Source of the DNA: Terriglobia bacterium
Lineage (GTDB): Bacteria > Acidobacteriota > Terriglobia > 20CM-2-55-15
Assembly (NCBI GenBank): GCA_965198225.1
Contig: CBDAOY010000009.1
Coordinates: 384,001 to 448,000 of the forward strand
Length of the DNA stretch: 64,000 bases
Direction: 5' to 3'
Below the pieces are notes generated by a model. The model was not told where the DNA came from. It made no database searches and worked only from the letters and a program-made list of their open reading frames with translations. The translations under genes and the position numbers were made by a program. This document shows, one piece after another, positions 42,463-56,087 of this stretch (position 1 is the first letter of the stretch; each line of letters starts with the position of its first letter).

Positions 42463-44196
42463 CTATTTGCGTCTGCCGCGACGTTTCCTGCGCTTTGGTT
42501 CGGAGTTGTCGGACGCGGGGTCCTCTTCGACCACTTCGGCCTCGACCGGTATTGCGGGCGCGGGTGTTGCCGCTGGTTTGGGTTTGCCTCCCGCCGGAGC
42601 CCAGTACTTGTTGATGAACAACTGTTGCCCAACCCCCACCAGGTTGCTGGTCAGCCAGTAGAGCATCAAGCCGCTTTGAATCCAGAGAAACATCACCATG
42701 AGCATGACGGGCATCATCATCATGATGCGGGCCTGTGTGGGATCCATCGTCGTCGGAGTCATCTTCTGCATCGCGATCATGGAGACACCCATCAGCACCG
42801 GCAGAACGTAGTAGGGATCGTACTGCGAGAGGTCCCGAATCCAGAGTATCCACGGGGCTCCCCGTACTTCGATCGCCACGCGCAGCAGGCTGAAGAAAGC
42901 GAACAGAAACGGCATCTGCAGCAGCAGCGGCAGGCAGCCGCCCATCGGGTTGACGCCGTGCTTCTTGTAGAGCCCCATCATCTCGGCCTGGACTTCGGGG
43001 CGGCGCGGGTCGTTGGCTTTCAGCTTCTTGTACTTGTCCTGCAGCGTCTTCATCTGCGGCTGAATCTTCTGCATCTTGAGCATCGACAGCTGCTGTTTCA
43101 GGCGCAGGGGGAAGAGAACAAGATTGATGAACAGCGTCAGGATGATGATCGACCAGCCGAAGTTCCCGACATAGCTGTGGATCCACAGGAGGCCGAAGAG
43201 CAGAGGCCGGGCGAGAATCTCGAAGAAGCCGTAGTCGATCACCGTAACGAGGCCGGCTTCAACGGCCCCGAGCGCGTCCTGTTGCTTTGGGCCGACATAG
43301 ATCGGGAGTGTGCCGATCGGGGCCGGAACACTCATGGCAACGGTCTGAATCACGTCCTCGCCGCGGGTAAACGGCGCGGCCTCGGCCCTTGCCGCGCTAC
43401 CACCTTCGGGCAGGAACATGACGACGAAGTACTGATCTTCGAGGCCGACATGCGTGGTCGGCGCAATGTCCTGGGCGGCCTCGATGCTCGACACATAGAG
43501 TCGCTCGAAGTCGTCCGCTTCGTGGTAAACGAGGCTGCGGAACGTGGCGTCGAAATCCCTGGATTGGTCGCCGAAACCGCCCTGCCAGACGATGGAGAAC
43601 GGCACCGGTTGGCCATCCCGGCTGAGGCTGGCGTCGAACTCGATGCTGTAGGTTTCAGGATCGAACCGGAACTCTTTGAGCGCTCTCAGTCCGCCACTTG
43701 CAAACTCCAGCCGAATACTCTGCCGATCCCCCCCGACCACGAAAAGCGCGGTGCGGAGGGCCTCGTTGGTATCCGGATCATCGGTCGACAATGCGAGCGG
43801 CCAACCCACGCTTGCAGCTGCATCCTGATTGATCAGCTCGATCGGTTCGCCGGCGCTGCTGACGTACTCCTTCAGTCGCAGGCTGCGCAGCACGCCTCCC
43901 TCGTTCGAGACGATGCCGGAATAGCGAGCCGTGTCGACACGCACGTCTTCGGTCACCACCGCGAAAACGTCAGCCGTTGGCTCCACTGAGCCGAGAGTCG
44001 TCTCCCGGGGGTCAGTCACTGGCTCCGGCGCAGCTTCAGACGACGGTGCGGATGCTCTTTCGGCGGGGATCCTGGACTCTGCGGCCGGTGGGGGTTGGGC
44101 GGGCGGAACCGGTTGAGGCGGAGGCGCGAGCAAGCCGTAGTAGAAAAACATAACCAGGCCGGAGAGCACGAAGGCCAGGAGGATCCGTTTTTCCAT
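42463..44196 (-). CDS. yidC: Membrane protein insertase YidC
   Basis: Start MEKRILLAF; NFGWSII, VNPMGGCLP, WIRDLS, LYWLTSN. Confidence 0.95.
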   Translation of the reverse strand: MEKRILLAFVLSGLVMFFYYGLLAPPPQPVPPAQPPPAAESRIPAERASAPSSEAAPEPVTDPRETTLGSVEPTADVFAVVTEDVRVDTARYSGIVSNEGGVLRSLRLKEYVSSAGEPIELINQDAAASVGWPLALSTDDPDTNEALRTALFVVGGDRQSIRLEFASGGLRALKEFRFDPETYSIEFDASLSRDGQPVPFSIVWQGGFGDQSRDFDATFRSLVYHEADDFERLYVSSIEAAQDIAPTTHVGLEDQYFVVMFLPEGGSAARAEAAPFTRGEDVIQTVAMSVPAPIGTLPIYVGPKQQDALGAVEAGLVTVIDYGFFEILARPLLFGLLWIHSYVGNFGWSIIILTLFINLVLFPLRLKQQLSMLKMQKIQPQMKTLQDKYKKLKANDPRRPEVQAEMMGLYKKHGVNPMGGCLPLLLQMPFLFAFFSLLRVAIEVRGAPWILWIRDLSQYDPYYVLPVLMGVSMIAMQKMTPTTMDPTQARIMMMMPVMLMVMFLWIQSGLMLYWLTSNLVGVGQQLFINKYWAPAGGKPKPAATPAPAIPVEAEVVEEDPASDNSEPKRRKRRGRRK

Positions 44197-44216
44197 CGAG
44201 TCTTCCACGGTTCCCT

Positions 44217-44450
44217 CTAATGAACTGGATCGACCCCGCCACGGTGGAGCGGGTGACACCTCATCAAGCGGCCAAGCGCCTTCCACAATCCGCGAATGAG
44301 CCCGTACTTCTCGATGGCGTCGCCGGCGTACTCGGAACAGGTCGGAACAAAGCGGCAAGCAGGGGGCAGCCAGGGCGAAACGATCTTCTTGTAGGCCCCG
44401 AGCGCCGCAAGCGCAGCCTGGCTCAAGATGGGAGTTGCCGTCTGGCTCAT
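44217..44450 (-). CDS. yidD: Membrane protein insertion efficiency factor YidD
   Basis: CRFVPTCSEY, RCHP..GGVDPV. Confidence 0.93.
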   Translation of the reverse strand: MSQTATPILSQAALAALGAYKKIVSPWLPPACRFVPTCSEYAGDAIEKYGLIRGLWKALGRLMRCHPLHRGGVDPVH

Positions 44451-44815
44451 GATTCTTTCAGGAGAGACACGAGCTCGGCGCGGAGCGGCTCAAAGCCGCG
44501 CTCCAGGACCGATCGTCGTGGGTTCAAGACGACATCGACTCCAGCAGGTAGTTCGTTCCGGCGCCTGCGCAGAATCTCGCGAACCCGCCGCCGTATTCGG
44601 TTTCGCTCGTGCGCCCGGCCCAGCTTCCGGGGCGTGGTCAGCCCGTAGCGGCTGACATTGCGGCCATTGGGCAGGACGAAGACGACGAATGAGGGGGATG
44701 CGCTCTTCCGGCCCGCGGTGTAGACGGCCTTGAACTCCGCCGCCTTTCGCAGTCTGTGCTCTTTCGGAAATCGCGCGCCGTCTGCCGGGGTCTGCTTTCG
44801 ATCAGTAGTGCTCAA
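44447..44815 (-). CDS. rnpA: Ribonuclease P protein component
   Basis: [25 protein letters not shown]. Confidence 0.9.
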   Translation of the reverse strand: MSTTDRKQTPADGARFPKEHRLRKAAEFKAVYTAGRKSASPSFVVFVLPNGRNVSRYGLTTPRKLGRAHERNRIRRRVREILRRRRNELPAGVDVVLNPRRSVLERGFEPLRAELVSLLKES

Positions 44816-44948
44816 CTGACAGCCGTGTTCGTCCCTTACTGCGCCGCTTGTTCAGGATGAGACGGCCGGCGCGGGTCTTCATACGATGGCGGAATCCGTG
44901 CTTCTTCGCGCGTCGGCGATTGTTCGGTTGAAAGGTCCTTAATGGCAT
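44802..44948 (-). CDS. rpmH: 50S ribosomal protein L34 (48 aa, not in ORF track)
   Basis: Manual translation [48 protein letters not shown]. Confidence 0.95.
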   Translation of the reverse strand: MPLRTFQPNNRRRAKKHGFRHRMKTRAGRLILNKRRSKGRTRLSVEHY

Positions 44949-44975
44949 CTCTTTTCGGCTCCGTCGAAAACTATG

Positions 44976-45005
44976 AATTTACCATCCGCCCCTCGGGAGG
45001 GTCAA
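44976..45005 (-). promoter_or_regulatory. Putative rpmH promoter
   Basis: Minus strand TTGACC-18 bp-TAAATT with an extended TG. Confidence 0.5.
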
Positions 45006-45144
45006 GCTACCGCTTTGATTTAAAAACTCTTATTTGATCGCCGCGGGCCGTCGGGCACGTAAAATTTTCGCGTAGAAAAGGCGCGTTCAAAAGTGTTACG
45101 CTTCGCGCTCGCGACGAACGGAAAATCGACCGTAAACCCTCTAG

Positions 45145-45176
45145 ATTTCCACAGATGTGGAAAATCCTGTGGAAAT
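45145..45176. promoter_or_regulatory. DnaA-box cluster upstream of dnaA
   Basis: ATTTCCACA (45145), TGTGGAAAA (45156), TGTGGAAAT (45168). Confidence 0.75.
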
Positions 45177-45202
45177 CTGACTCCCTTTCCTCGACCGCAC
45201 TT

Positions 45203-46507
45203 ATGGACGCCTGGCAACAAGTTCTTTCCGTCATCGAAAAGAAGGTCAATCAACAAAGCTACAACACCTGGTTCAAGCCCACACAACTGATCCGTCATGA
45301 AGGTCGGGCTCTCTACGTCCGGGTTCCCAACGCATTCTTTCAGGACTGGCTCAACGATCATATGGATGTCGTGCTCGAAGCCGCTGGAGCCGCCGGGATC
45401 GGGGAAATCGGGGTGGTCTACGTTATCGAACAAAAACCCGCCACGGTGGACGGTGAGTTGCTGCAGGGTCGTCTGGACTTCGAGTCTGTGGAAAACACCC
45501 TGAACTCGAAATACACATTCGACAGCTTTGTGGTCGGCTCATCCAACCAGTTCGCACATGCCGCGGCCCTGGCGGTGGCCGAACGCCCATCGAAGGCATA
45601 CAACCCTCTTTTCATGTACGGCGGCGTGGGGCTCGGCAAGACACACCTGATGCATGCCGTCGGGCAGACGATCAAGTCCCGCAACAAGTCGTTGCGGCTG
45701 GCCTACATCTCGACCGAGAAATTCACAAATGAGCTGATCAACGCCATTCGCTACGACCGCCTGACTGCATTCCGCGAGCGTTACCGCGGCCATGACGTCC
45801 TCTTGATCGACGACATTCAGTTCATCGCCGGCAAGGAACGAACCCAGGAAGAGTTTTTCCATACCTTCAACGCGCTCTACGACATGCACAAGCAGCTCGT
45901 CATCTCGGCGGACTGTCCGCCTCGCGAGATCCCGACCCTGGAAGAGCGCCTCCATTCCCGCTTCGAGTGGGGCCTGATAGCCGACATCCAGCCACCCGAC
46001 CTGGAAACGAAAATCGCCATCCTGCGGAAGAACGCCGAACGTCAGAACATTGCGCTGCCCGACAACGTCGCTCTCTATATCGCGAGCAAGATCAAGTCGA
46101 ACATCCGCGAGCTCGAGGGCGCCCTGATCCGGTTGATCGCGTTCTGCTCTTTGACAGGCTCCGAGATCACGCTGCCGATGGCCAAGGAAACGCTCCGCGA
46201 CCTGTTCAACCCCGGGGAAAAGCCCATATCGATCGAGATGATCCAGAAGACAATCTCCGACTACTATGGGCTACGCGTGCAGGAGCTGAAATCCAAGAAC
46301 AACTCGCGGTCCATCACCCTACCTCGCCAGATCTGTATGTACCTGGCAAAACAGCTGACCGGCGCGTCACTTCCGCAAATCGGTCGGGAGTTCGGAGGGA
46401 AGCACCACACAACCGTTCTCCATTCCGTCACAAAAATCCAGAAGCTACGGCAGAAAGACAAAGAAATCAACAAGTTGGTTCAGTCCTTTATGGACTCGTT
46501 TACTTAA
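45203..46507 (+). CDS. dnaA: Chromosomal replication initiator DnaA
   Basis: Likely start MDAW at 45203; YNPLFMYGGVGLGKTHL, LLIDDIQF, GGKHHTTVLH. Confidence 0.97.
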   Translation: MDAWQQVLSVIEKKVNQQSYNTWFKPTQLIRHEGRALYVRVPNAFFQDWLNDHMDVVLEAAGAAGIGEIGVVYVIEQKPATVDGELLQGRLDFESVENTLNSKYTFDSFVVGSSNQFAHAAALAVAERPSKAYNPLFMYGGVGLGKTHLMHAVGQTIKSRNKSLRLAYISTEKFTNELINAIRYDRLTAFRERYRGHDVLLIDDIQFIAGKERTQEEFFHTFNALYDMHKQLVISADCPPREIPTLEERLHSRFEWGLIADIQPPDLETKIAILRKNAERQNIALPDNVALYIASKIKSNIRELEGALIRLIAFCSLTGSEITLPMAKETLRDLFNPGEKPISIEMIQKTISDYYGLRVQELKSKNNSRSITLPRQICMYLAKQLTGASLPQIGREFGGKHHTTVLHSVTKIQKLRQKDKEINKLVQSFMDSFT

Positions 46508-46717
46508 GGCGGTGGTCCTGTTGTGGGCGTTCTGTGGATAAACTGAGAGTCGGAATTCTCCACAAGCGCTGCACACTTGTCCCGGTGGATTCTCCACAGG
46601 GAAGAGAAGGGGCAAGAACCCGGCCCACTGTGGCTTAGCGGGGATTTCCAGACTATCCACAGGATATAGGAATAGAGATACTGTGGCTTAGCGGGGATAG
46701 ATATATAGATATTAACT
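46508..46717. other. Replication origin oriC (dnaA-dnaN intergenic)
   Basis: TGTGGATAA (46533), TTCTCCACA (46556, 46590), CTATCCACA (46653). An AT-rich GATAGATATATAGATATTAA tract adjoins dnaN. Gene orientation switches around this region. Confidence 0.85.
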
Positions 46718-47830
46718 ATGGAATTCACAGTAAAGAGATTCGACCTTCTACAGGAATTGACCTTGATTCAGGGGGTTGTCGAACGTAAGACGACCATTCC
46801 TATCCTGGCTAACGTTCTTGTCCGCGCAGAAGAAGATCGGCTTGGAATTCTAGCGACAGACCTGGAAATCGGTCTCAAATCGACGTGCCCGTCCGCGGTG
46901 ACTGCCGGTGGAACGATCACATTGCCGGCCAAGCGGATGTACGAAATCGTCCGGGCCCTCCCCGACAAGGAAATCCGTTTCAAAAAAGGCGATGCCAACT
47001 GGGTAACCGTCACATGCGGTTCGAGTCGGTTCCGTATTGCCGGACTTCCTCAGGAAGACTTCCCCCTGCTCCCGGACCCGAAGGATGAGGGCGTCTCGAT
47101 TCCCGCCGACGTGATGTCTCAACTCATCAGCCGGACGATCTATGCGATCAGCACGGAGGATTCGAAATACACGTTCAGCGGGGCACTGCTGGTGATGAAG
47201 CCTGGTTCGTTGACGATGGTGGCGACAGATGGACACCGCCTTTCGTACGTCGAGAAAAGAGACGCCGTCGAGGACGTCTCGGAGGAATCCAAGATCCTGA
47301 TACCCAAGAAGGCGATGAGCGAACTGCTGCGAATGCTCACCGAGAACGAAGAAGGCGGGGTGATCACCTTCTCCAGGGACGATAACCACCTTTTCTTCGA
47401 TTTGGGTCACCGCCTCCTCGTTTCTCGGGTGCTGAGCGGCCAGTTCCCGAACTGGGAAGCCGTTATTCCGCGGAACAATGACAGGACGTTTGTGATCGAT
47501 CGCGATGAGGTTGCCGCTGCGGTACGGAGAGTCGCTATTCTTGCGGACGAGCGCTCCAAGACCGTGCGGTTCGGTGTGGCGAGCGGCGCCCTGGAGATTG
47601 CGGCAAGCCATTCTGAACTGGGCGAGGCGAACGAGACGCTGGAAATCGAGTACGACAAGGAAGAATTTGACATCGGCTTCAACTACCAATACCTGATCGA
47701 TTTTCTATCGACGATACCGGAGACGGAAGTCTCGTTCGAATTCAAGGATGGTGAGAGCGCCACGCAGATTCGGGCCCTTCCCAGCGAAGCTTACAACTGT
47801 CGTTACATAGTGATGCCGATGCGAATCTGA
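46718..47830 (+). CDS. dnaN: DNA polymerase III beta clamp
   Basis: TTIPILANV, ATDLE, VATDGHRL, YIVMPMR. Confidence 0.97.
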   Translation: MEFTVKRFDLLQELTLIQGVVERKTTIPILANVLVRAEEDRLGILATDLEIGLKSTCPSAVTAGGTITLPAKRMYEIVRALPDKEIRFKKGDANWVTVTCGSSRFRIAGLPQEDFPLLPDPKDEGVSIPADVMSQLISRTIYAISTEDSKYTFSGALLVMKPGSLTMVATDGHRLSYVEKRDAVEDVSEESKILIPKKAMSELLRMLTENEEGGVITFSRDDNHLFFDLGHRLLVSRVLSGQFPNWEAVIPRNNDRTFVIDRDEVAAAVRRVAILADERSKTVRFGVASGALEIAASHSELGEANETLEIEYDKEEFDIGFNYQYLIDFLSTIPETEVSFEFKDGESATQIRALPSEAYNCRYIVMPMRI

Positions 47831-47850
47831 GGCGACCCGCAAAAACGAGA

Positions 47851-47863
47851 CAAACTATTGATA
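47851..47863 (-). promoter_or_regulatory. IHF-consensus site upstream of gyrB
   Basis: Minus strand TATCAA-TAGT-TTG matches WATCAA-N4-TTR. Confidence 0.4.
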
Positions 47864-48090
47864 AAATAGTTAGTTAACGGATTTCTTGGTCGATCGACGG
47901 CCCCACCGGCCTTCAACCGCCAATCTTCGCCGCAAAACCAGCCAGAAGAAGGACCTTTCAGAAGGAAAAACCCGTTATTTTCTGGTAAAATAGCTTGTTT
48001 AGTCTGGTCTCGGATGAGCAGCCTTAGGCAAGCAAATCGAATCTCCCGGCCCCCGAGGCCGCAACCACCAGCTAAGCCGTTTATTATTAG

Positions 48091-50583
<2,493 letters not shown>

Positions 50584-50621
50584 GCAACTAGCGGGTAGCT
50601 AACACCACCAGCCAAACAAAC

Positions 50622-53108
50622 ATGGCCGAAGAGCAAGCACCTCCCGGAGCGAACCACATACAGGTAAACATCGAAGACGAGATGCGCCGGTCGTATCTCG
50701 ACTACGCGATGAGCGTCATCATCGGCCGGGCGCTTCCGGACATTCGCGACGGCCTGAAGCCGGTCCATCGCCGGATCCTCTATGGGATGCGCGAGATGGG
50801 CCTGGCATCGAACCGGCCTTACCGGAAGTGCGCCAAGATCGTCGGCGAGGTTATGGGCAATTATCACCCACACGGCGATAGTCCGATTTACGATTCGGTC
50901 GTCCGGATGGCCCAGGATTTCTCATACCGGTACATGCTCGTGGACGGGCAGGGGAACTTCGGGTCGATCGACGGCGATCCGCCTGCAGCGATGCGCTATA
51001 CCGAGGCCCGGATGCAGGCGTTGTCGGAGGCGTTGCTCGAAGACATCGACAAGGACACGGTCGATTTCGTCCCCACCTATGACGAATCCGGGGAAGAGCC
51101 CGCATACCTGCCCGCCAGAGTGCCGAATCTGCTGGTGAACGGTTCCGGCGGCATCGCCGTCGGCATGGCGACCAACATGCCTCCCCACAACCTGCGCGAG
51201 GTGTGCGACGCCGCGGTCCTGCTGATCAACAACAGGGGCGCGAGCTTTGAAGAGATTACCGAACTGATCCCGGGGCCGGACTTCCCAACAGCCGGGTTTA
51301 TCTACGGCCGCGGCGGCATCCAGCAGGCTTATCGCGAGGGCCGAGGGCAGATCACGATGCGTGCCCGCGCGACGATCGAACCGTTCGGCAAGGAACGGCA
51401 TGCCATCCTCATTAGCGAGCTACCCTACCAGGTCAATAAGGCGCGCCTGATAGAGAAAATCGCGGAGCTGGTCAACAACAAGAAGATCGAAGGCATTTCC
51501 GACATCCGCGATGAGAGCGACCGTGACGGGTTGAGGGTGGTCGTCGAGCTCAAGCGGGGCGAGCAGCCCACCATCGTCCTCAACAAGCTCTACAAGCAGA
51601 CGGCGATGCAGTCGACCTTCGGGGTGATTAATCTAGCGATCGTCAACGGCCAGCCCAGGGTCCTGACCCTCCTGGAGTTGCTCCGGAACTTCATCGATCA
51701 CCGGATCGATGTCGTGCGCCGCCGGACGCAGCACCTCCTCCGCCAAGCCGAAGAGCGCGCCCACATCCTGGAAGGACTCGGGAAAGCGCTCGACAACATC
51801 GACGCCGTCATAAAGCTGATCCGCAAGGCCAAGACGCCCGTGGAGGCGCGGGAAGGCCTGATGTCCGATTTCGAATTTTCCGGGCGCCAGGCCAAGGCCA
51901 TTCTGGAGATGCAGCTCCAGCGGCTCACGAACCTCGAACGCCAGAAGATTGAGGACGAACTCAAGGAGTTGAGCGAGAAGATCGCCGACTACAACGAGAT
52001 CCTTGGTAACGAAAAAAGGCTGCGCCAGGTGATCGTCAAGGAGCTCCGGGAGGTTCAGAAGAAATTCGGCGACGACCGGCGTACCGAGATCATCGATGAA
52101 GCCGCGGAGCTGAGTATTGAAGACCTGATCGCAGACGAAGAGGTCGTCATCACGCTGACTCACACCGGCTACGTGAAGCGGACACCGCTGGGGACTTACA
52201 GGAACCAGGGCCGCGGGGGCAAGGGCCGCATCGGCATGCGTACCCGGGAAGAGGATGTCGTCACGAACCTGTACGTAGCGAGCACCCACAGCTACATGTT
52301 GGTTTTCACGGACCGCGGCAAGCTGCACTGGCTGAAGGTCTACGAGATTCCCGATGTCGGTGCCAGCGGCCGCGGCAAGGCGATCATCAACCTTGTCAAC
52401 ATCGCACCGGGCGAAAAAGTGGCTGCCGTGGTGGGGGTCCGCGGATTCGAAGATGCCGCTTCGATCATCATGGCCACCCGCAAAGGGCAGGTAAAGAAGA
52501 CCGCGCTGAAGGCATTCAGCAACCCGACCGCCCGCGGCATCATCGCGATGAACCTGCCCGAAGAGGACGAGTTAATCGCGGTGCAGCTGATCACCGACGA
52601 CGAGACGATCGTCCTGGGCACCCACAAGGGTCTTTCGATTCGTTTCGGTCACGAGGATGTCCGGGAGATGGGGCGCGTTGCTTACGGTGTGCGCGGAATT
52701 CGTCTCACGAAGGGCGACTACGTCGTCGGAATGATCAGCGCGGACGAAGAAGGCCTGATCCTGAGCGTCACGGAGCGCGGTTTCGGAAAACGGACAAAAA
52801 TCGGCAAGTACCGCACCCAGACCCGGGGCGGCAAGGGCATCATCAACGTGAAGACAACCAAGCGGAACGGCAGGGTTGTGGCGATCATGCAGGTCACCGA
52901 AGACTCGGGCCTCATCTTGATCACCGAGCAGGGTAAGCTCATTCGTGTTCGTGCCGACGGAATCCGGAAAGTCGGTCGCAGCTCGCAGGGCGTCAAGCTC
53001 ATCGACCTCGGCACGGAAGACCGGGTCGCCGCGGCGACGCTCGTTGCCAGCGATAGCGGCAAGGTCGAGGAGTTGCCGGACGATGAACCCGGCCCGACCG
53101 TACATTAG
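50622..53108 (+). CDS. gyrA: DNA gyrase subunit A
   Basis: YHPHGD, AAMRYTE, GyrA-box-like QGRGGKG, C-terminal pinwheel repeats. Confidence 0.98.
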   Translation: MAEEQAPPGANHIQVNIEDEMRRSYLDYAMSVIIGRALPDIRDGLKPVHRRILYGMREMGLASNRPYRKCAKIVGEVMGNYHPHGDSPIYDSVVRMAQDFSYRYMLVDGQGNFGSIDGDPPAAMRYTEARMQALSEALLEDIDKDTVDFVPTYDESGEEPAYLPARVPNLLVNGSGGIAVGMATNMPPHNLREVCDAAVLLINNRGASFEEITELIPGPDFPTAGFIYGRGGIQQAYREGRGQITMRARATIEPFGKERHAILISELPYQVNKARLIEKIAELVNNKKIEGISDIRDESDRDGLRVVVELKRGEQPTIVLNKLYKQTAMQSTFGVINLAIVNGQPRVLTLLELLRNFIDHRIDVVRRRTQHLLRQAEERAHILEGLGKALDNIDAVIKLIRKAKTPVEAREGLMSDFEFSGRQAKAILEMQLQRLTNLERQKIEDELKELSEKIADYNEILGNEKRLRQVIVKELREVQKKFGDDRRTEIIDEAAELSIEDLIADEEVVITLTHTGYVKRTPLGTYRNQGRGGKGRIGMRTREEDVVTNLYVASTHSYMLVFTDRGKLHWLKVYEIPDVGASGRGKAIINLVNIAPGEKVAAVVGVRGFEDAASIIMATRKGQVKKTALKAFSNPTARGIIAMNLPEEDELIAVQLITDDETIVLGTHKGLSIRFGHEDVREMGRVAYGVRGIRLTKGDYVVGMISADEEGLILSVTERGFGKRTKIGKYRTQTRGGKGIINVKTTKRNGRVVAIMQVTEDSGLILITEQGKLIRVRADGIRKVGRSSQGVKLIDLGTEDRVAAATLVASDSGKVEELPDDEPGPTVH

Positions 53109-53646
53109 ACCAGTGCCCCGCAATCCCGGCTGACGGACTACCGACTACCGATTCCCCGCTGACGGATCGCTCCAAACTTCCGCATGAACTTCAGGCCGTC
53201 CAGCTCATCCCATTCCTCGGTATTCCGCCCATTCAGTCATCAGAGTTTTGGGTTTGAAGCGTAGTCGCACGAGGCGCACCAACTTCATAACCTGGCAGAA
53301 GCCGTGCAAGCGAAGCCCCCACCACCCAGCCGGATGTACCTCAAGCTCGCATCTGAGGTCCGATTCGTGCAGGATACAGAAAACTCCCGACTCTGGCTCG
53401 AGCAGGCTCGCGCCGGGCTGATTCGCGGCTTGGAGTTCCTTCGGCGGAGGAGCACATGAAGTACGACAGTTTGAATGTCGGCGTGGCCCTGTTCTTTCTC
53501 GCGGTTGGAATCGGCATCGCCGTTTGGGGCTATGACGACGTGCGGGACGCGCGGCGGCCTGACTAAGATGCGGCCGAGTTGCTCCGGTTGCAAGCCCCAG
53601 TGGCATTCTACGCGCTGCGGTTCGCTCCGCAGAGGAGGTATCGACG

Positions 53647-56034
53647 ATGCGTGGACGTTTTGTACGGACCTGGTTGGGATGCGTCCTGACCCTGTTGCCT
53701 GCCGGCTCCCTGCCGGCATTGGCCCAGGCAGTCGAGGCGCGTACTCACACTGTTTCCGGCCTGTCCGGGCCGGCGGAGATCCTCGTCGACGAATGGGGAG
53801 TTCCGCACATCTATGCGGAGACCCAGTACGACGCCTTTTTCGCACAAGGCTTCAACGCCGCGCGGGATCGGCTGTGGCAGCTCGACATCTGGCGACGACG
53901 GGGCCTGGGTGAGCTGTCGGAGGTCTTCGGTCCGGCGTTCGTCGAACAGGACCGTGCCGCCCGCCTCTTCCTCTACCGCGGAGACATGTACTCGGAGTGG
54001 CTGGCGTATGGTTCCGACGCCAAGAGGGTCGCGACTTCCTTTGCGGCCGGGGTGAATGCCTACATCGCACTCACCCGGCAGGACCCGGAACTCCTGCCTT
54101 GGGAGTTCGAGTTTCTCGGTTACGAGCCGGCCTCGTGGTCGCCCGAAGACACGGTCCGAATCCGTAGCCATGGCCTGGTCCGCAACGTCGGCAACGAGGT
54201 GCGGCGGGCCCTCTTTGTCCGGGATCATGGGCTGGAAGCCGATGCCCTGAGGGCGCCGTTGTCGCCAGAATGGAAGACGACGATCCCCGAGGGCCTCGAC
54301 ATCGATGCGATTCCCGAAGATGTTCTGAGCGTCTACCGGCTTGCTACCCGAGGCGTGAGGTTCACACCGGAGAGTTTGAGCATGGCTGCGAACGGGTCGG
54401 CGCCGTTGCCAGAGCAGGTGGTAGCCGACGAAGACGCGATCGGGAGCAACAACTGGGTTGTCTCGCCACGCCTGACGGCCACGGGCCGTCCGATCCTGGC
54501 CAATGACCCGCACCGTGGCCAGTCGGTCCCGTCGCTCCGCTATCTCGCCCACCTCGTCGCGCCCGGCCTGAACGTCATCGGCGCCGGTGAGCCGGCTCTG
54601 CCCGGCATTTCGATCGGGCACAACGAACGCATCGCGTTCGGCCTGACGATCTTCGCGATCGACCAGGAAGACCTGTATGTCTACTCGACCAGTCCGGCGA
54701 ATCCCGACGAGTACCGGTACAGAGACGGATGGGAGCCGATGGAGACCGTCCGGGAAAGGATTCTTGTTAAGGGCGGGACCCCCGAGGCCGTCGAGCTGAA
54801 GTTCACGCGCCATGGCCCGGTCATCTACGAGGACCGTGGAAACCGGACGGCCTTCGCTGTTCGCGCAGCCTGGCTCGAGCCGGGAATGGCCCCGTACTTC
54901 GGCAGCGTTGAATACATGCGCGCATCGGACTGGGACGAATTCCTGGCCGCAATGAACCGCTGGGGTGCGCCGTCGGAGAACCAGGTCTACGCCGACGTGG
55001 ACGGCAACATCGGCTGGAAGCCGGGAGGCCGGGCGCCGATCCGGCCGAACTGGGACGGACTCCTGCCAGTGCCCGGCGACGGCCGTTTCGAGTGGGATGG
55101 CTTCTGGGACATGGACGAGCTGCCGGTCGAGTACAACCCCGCAAGGGGTTGGTCTGCCACAGCCAATGAGATGAACCTGCCCGAAGAATATCCGTACCGC
55201 GAACGGAAACTCGGTTTCGAGTGGTCGAATCCATCGCGGAAACAACGGATCGGCCAGGTCCTCTCGGCTTCGTCTGCGATAACCACCGACGACATGCTCC
55301 GGCTCCAGATGGACCACGTCTCGGTTGCCGCACAACGTGTCCTTCCGGTGCTTGGCGGGATTTCGGCTCCCGACCCCGACGTCGCCGTTGCGATCGACCT
55401 GCTTGCCGGCTGGGACACCGTTCTCGAGAACGATTCGGCCGCCGCCGCCCTGTTTACCGCCTGGTTCGGGCGGGGCCGCCTGGGTCGGCTGCTGCTGCCC
55501 CACGCGGTGTCGCCGGAGGTCGCTGCCGCAATCGGCAACCCGAATCAGCTCATCGTTCTGGACATGCTCGAAAACCCTCAGGACTGGTTCGACGATGATC
55601 CATCCGGAACCGTGGAGAGAGCTATCCTGGAATCCCTCGCTGAGGCTCTCGGGGAGATAGAAAGCCAGTTCGGCCAAGATAGTTCGTCCTGGCGCTACGG
55701 CGCCTTCAACACCCTGGCGCTACGGCATCCGCTGTCCGACGTGGTCGAAGCCGACACGCGGGCGAGGATCGACATCGCCAGCGAAGAGAAATGCTCTGCG
55801 GGAGGCACGGTCGGCACGACGAACGCATCGTGGAGGCAGGTCCTGGATGTGGGAAACTGGGATGCCGCTCTCGCCATGAGCAACCCGGGCCAGTCCGGAG
55901 ACCCCGACAGTCAGTTCTACCGGAACCTCTGGGATCCGTGGAGAAACTGCGAGGCGTTCCCGCTGCTGTACAGCCGCGAAAAGATCGAGGCGGTGACGAA
56001 GCTGCGAATCGAACTTCAGCCGCGCCGCGACTAA
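53647..56034 (+). CDS. Penicillin acylase family (Ntn hydrolase)
   Basis: Signal peptide, DEWGVPHIYA, DRLWQ, GSNNWVV, LANDPH, PGQSG. Confidence 0.92.
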   Translation: MRGRFVRTWLGCVLTLLPAGSLPALAQAVEARTHTVSGLSGPAEILVDEWGVPHIYAETQYDAFFAQGFNAARDRLWQLDIWRRRGLGELSEVFGPAFVEQDRAARLFLYRGDMYSEWLAYGSDAKRVATSFAAGVNAYIALTRQDPELLPWEFEFLGYEPASWSPEDTVRIRSHGLVRNVGNEVRRALFVRDHGLEADALRAPLSPEWKTTIPEGLDIDAIPEDVLSVYRLATRGVRFTPESLSMAANGSAPLPEQVVADEDAIGSNNWVVSPRLTATGRPILANDPHRGQSVPSLRYLAHLVAPGLNVIGAGEPALPGISIGHNERIAFGLTIFAIDQEDLYVYSTSPANPDEYRYRDGWEPMETVRERILVKGGTPEAVELKFTRHGPVIYEDRGNRTAFAVRAAWLEPGMAPYFGSVEYMRASDWDEFLAAMNRWGAPSENQVYADVDGNIGWKPGGRAPIRPNWDGLLPVPGDGRFEWDGFWDMDELPVEYNPARGWSATANEMNLPEEYPYRERKLGFEWSNPSRKQRIGQVLSASSAITTDDMLRLQMDHVSVAAQRVLPVLGGISAPDPDVAVAIDLLAGWDTVLENDSAAAALFTAWFGRGRLGRLLLPHAVSPEVAAAIGNPNQLIVLDMLENPQDWFDDDPSGTVERAILESLAEALGEIESQFGQDSSSWRYGAFNTLALRHPLSDVVEADTRARIDIASEEKCSAGGTVGTTNASWRQVLDVGNWDAALAMSNPGQSGDPDSQFYRNLWDPWRNCEAFPLLYSREKIEAVTKLRIELQPRRD

Positions 56035-56087
56035 GCCTGGCTTCGTGTTGAAGATTCGGATCGTTCCAAGAATGCGGATCGGCGGAT

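Noticed and set aside
41051-43186. 711-aa ORF in the track
   Set aside because: Only the last ~454 aa are MnmE. The extension is an alternative frame over yidC.
45155-45202. Longer DnaA N-terminus (MWKILWKS...)
   Set aside because: It merely translates the DnaA-box cluster. ATG 45203 is the more plausible start.
53608-55677. Long antisense ORFs (also 29554-31014, 42415-43989, 38766-40052, 36230-37426 and others)
   Set aside because: These are shadow frames opposite well-supported genes, as expected in high-GC DNA, and carry no recognisable motifs.
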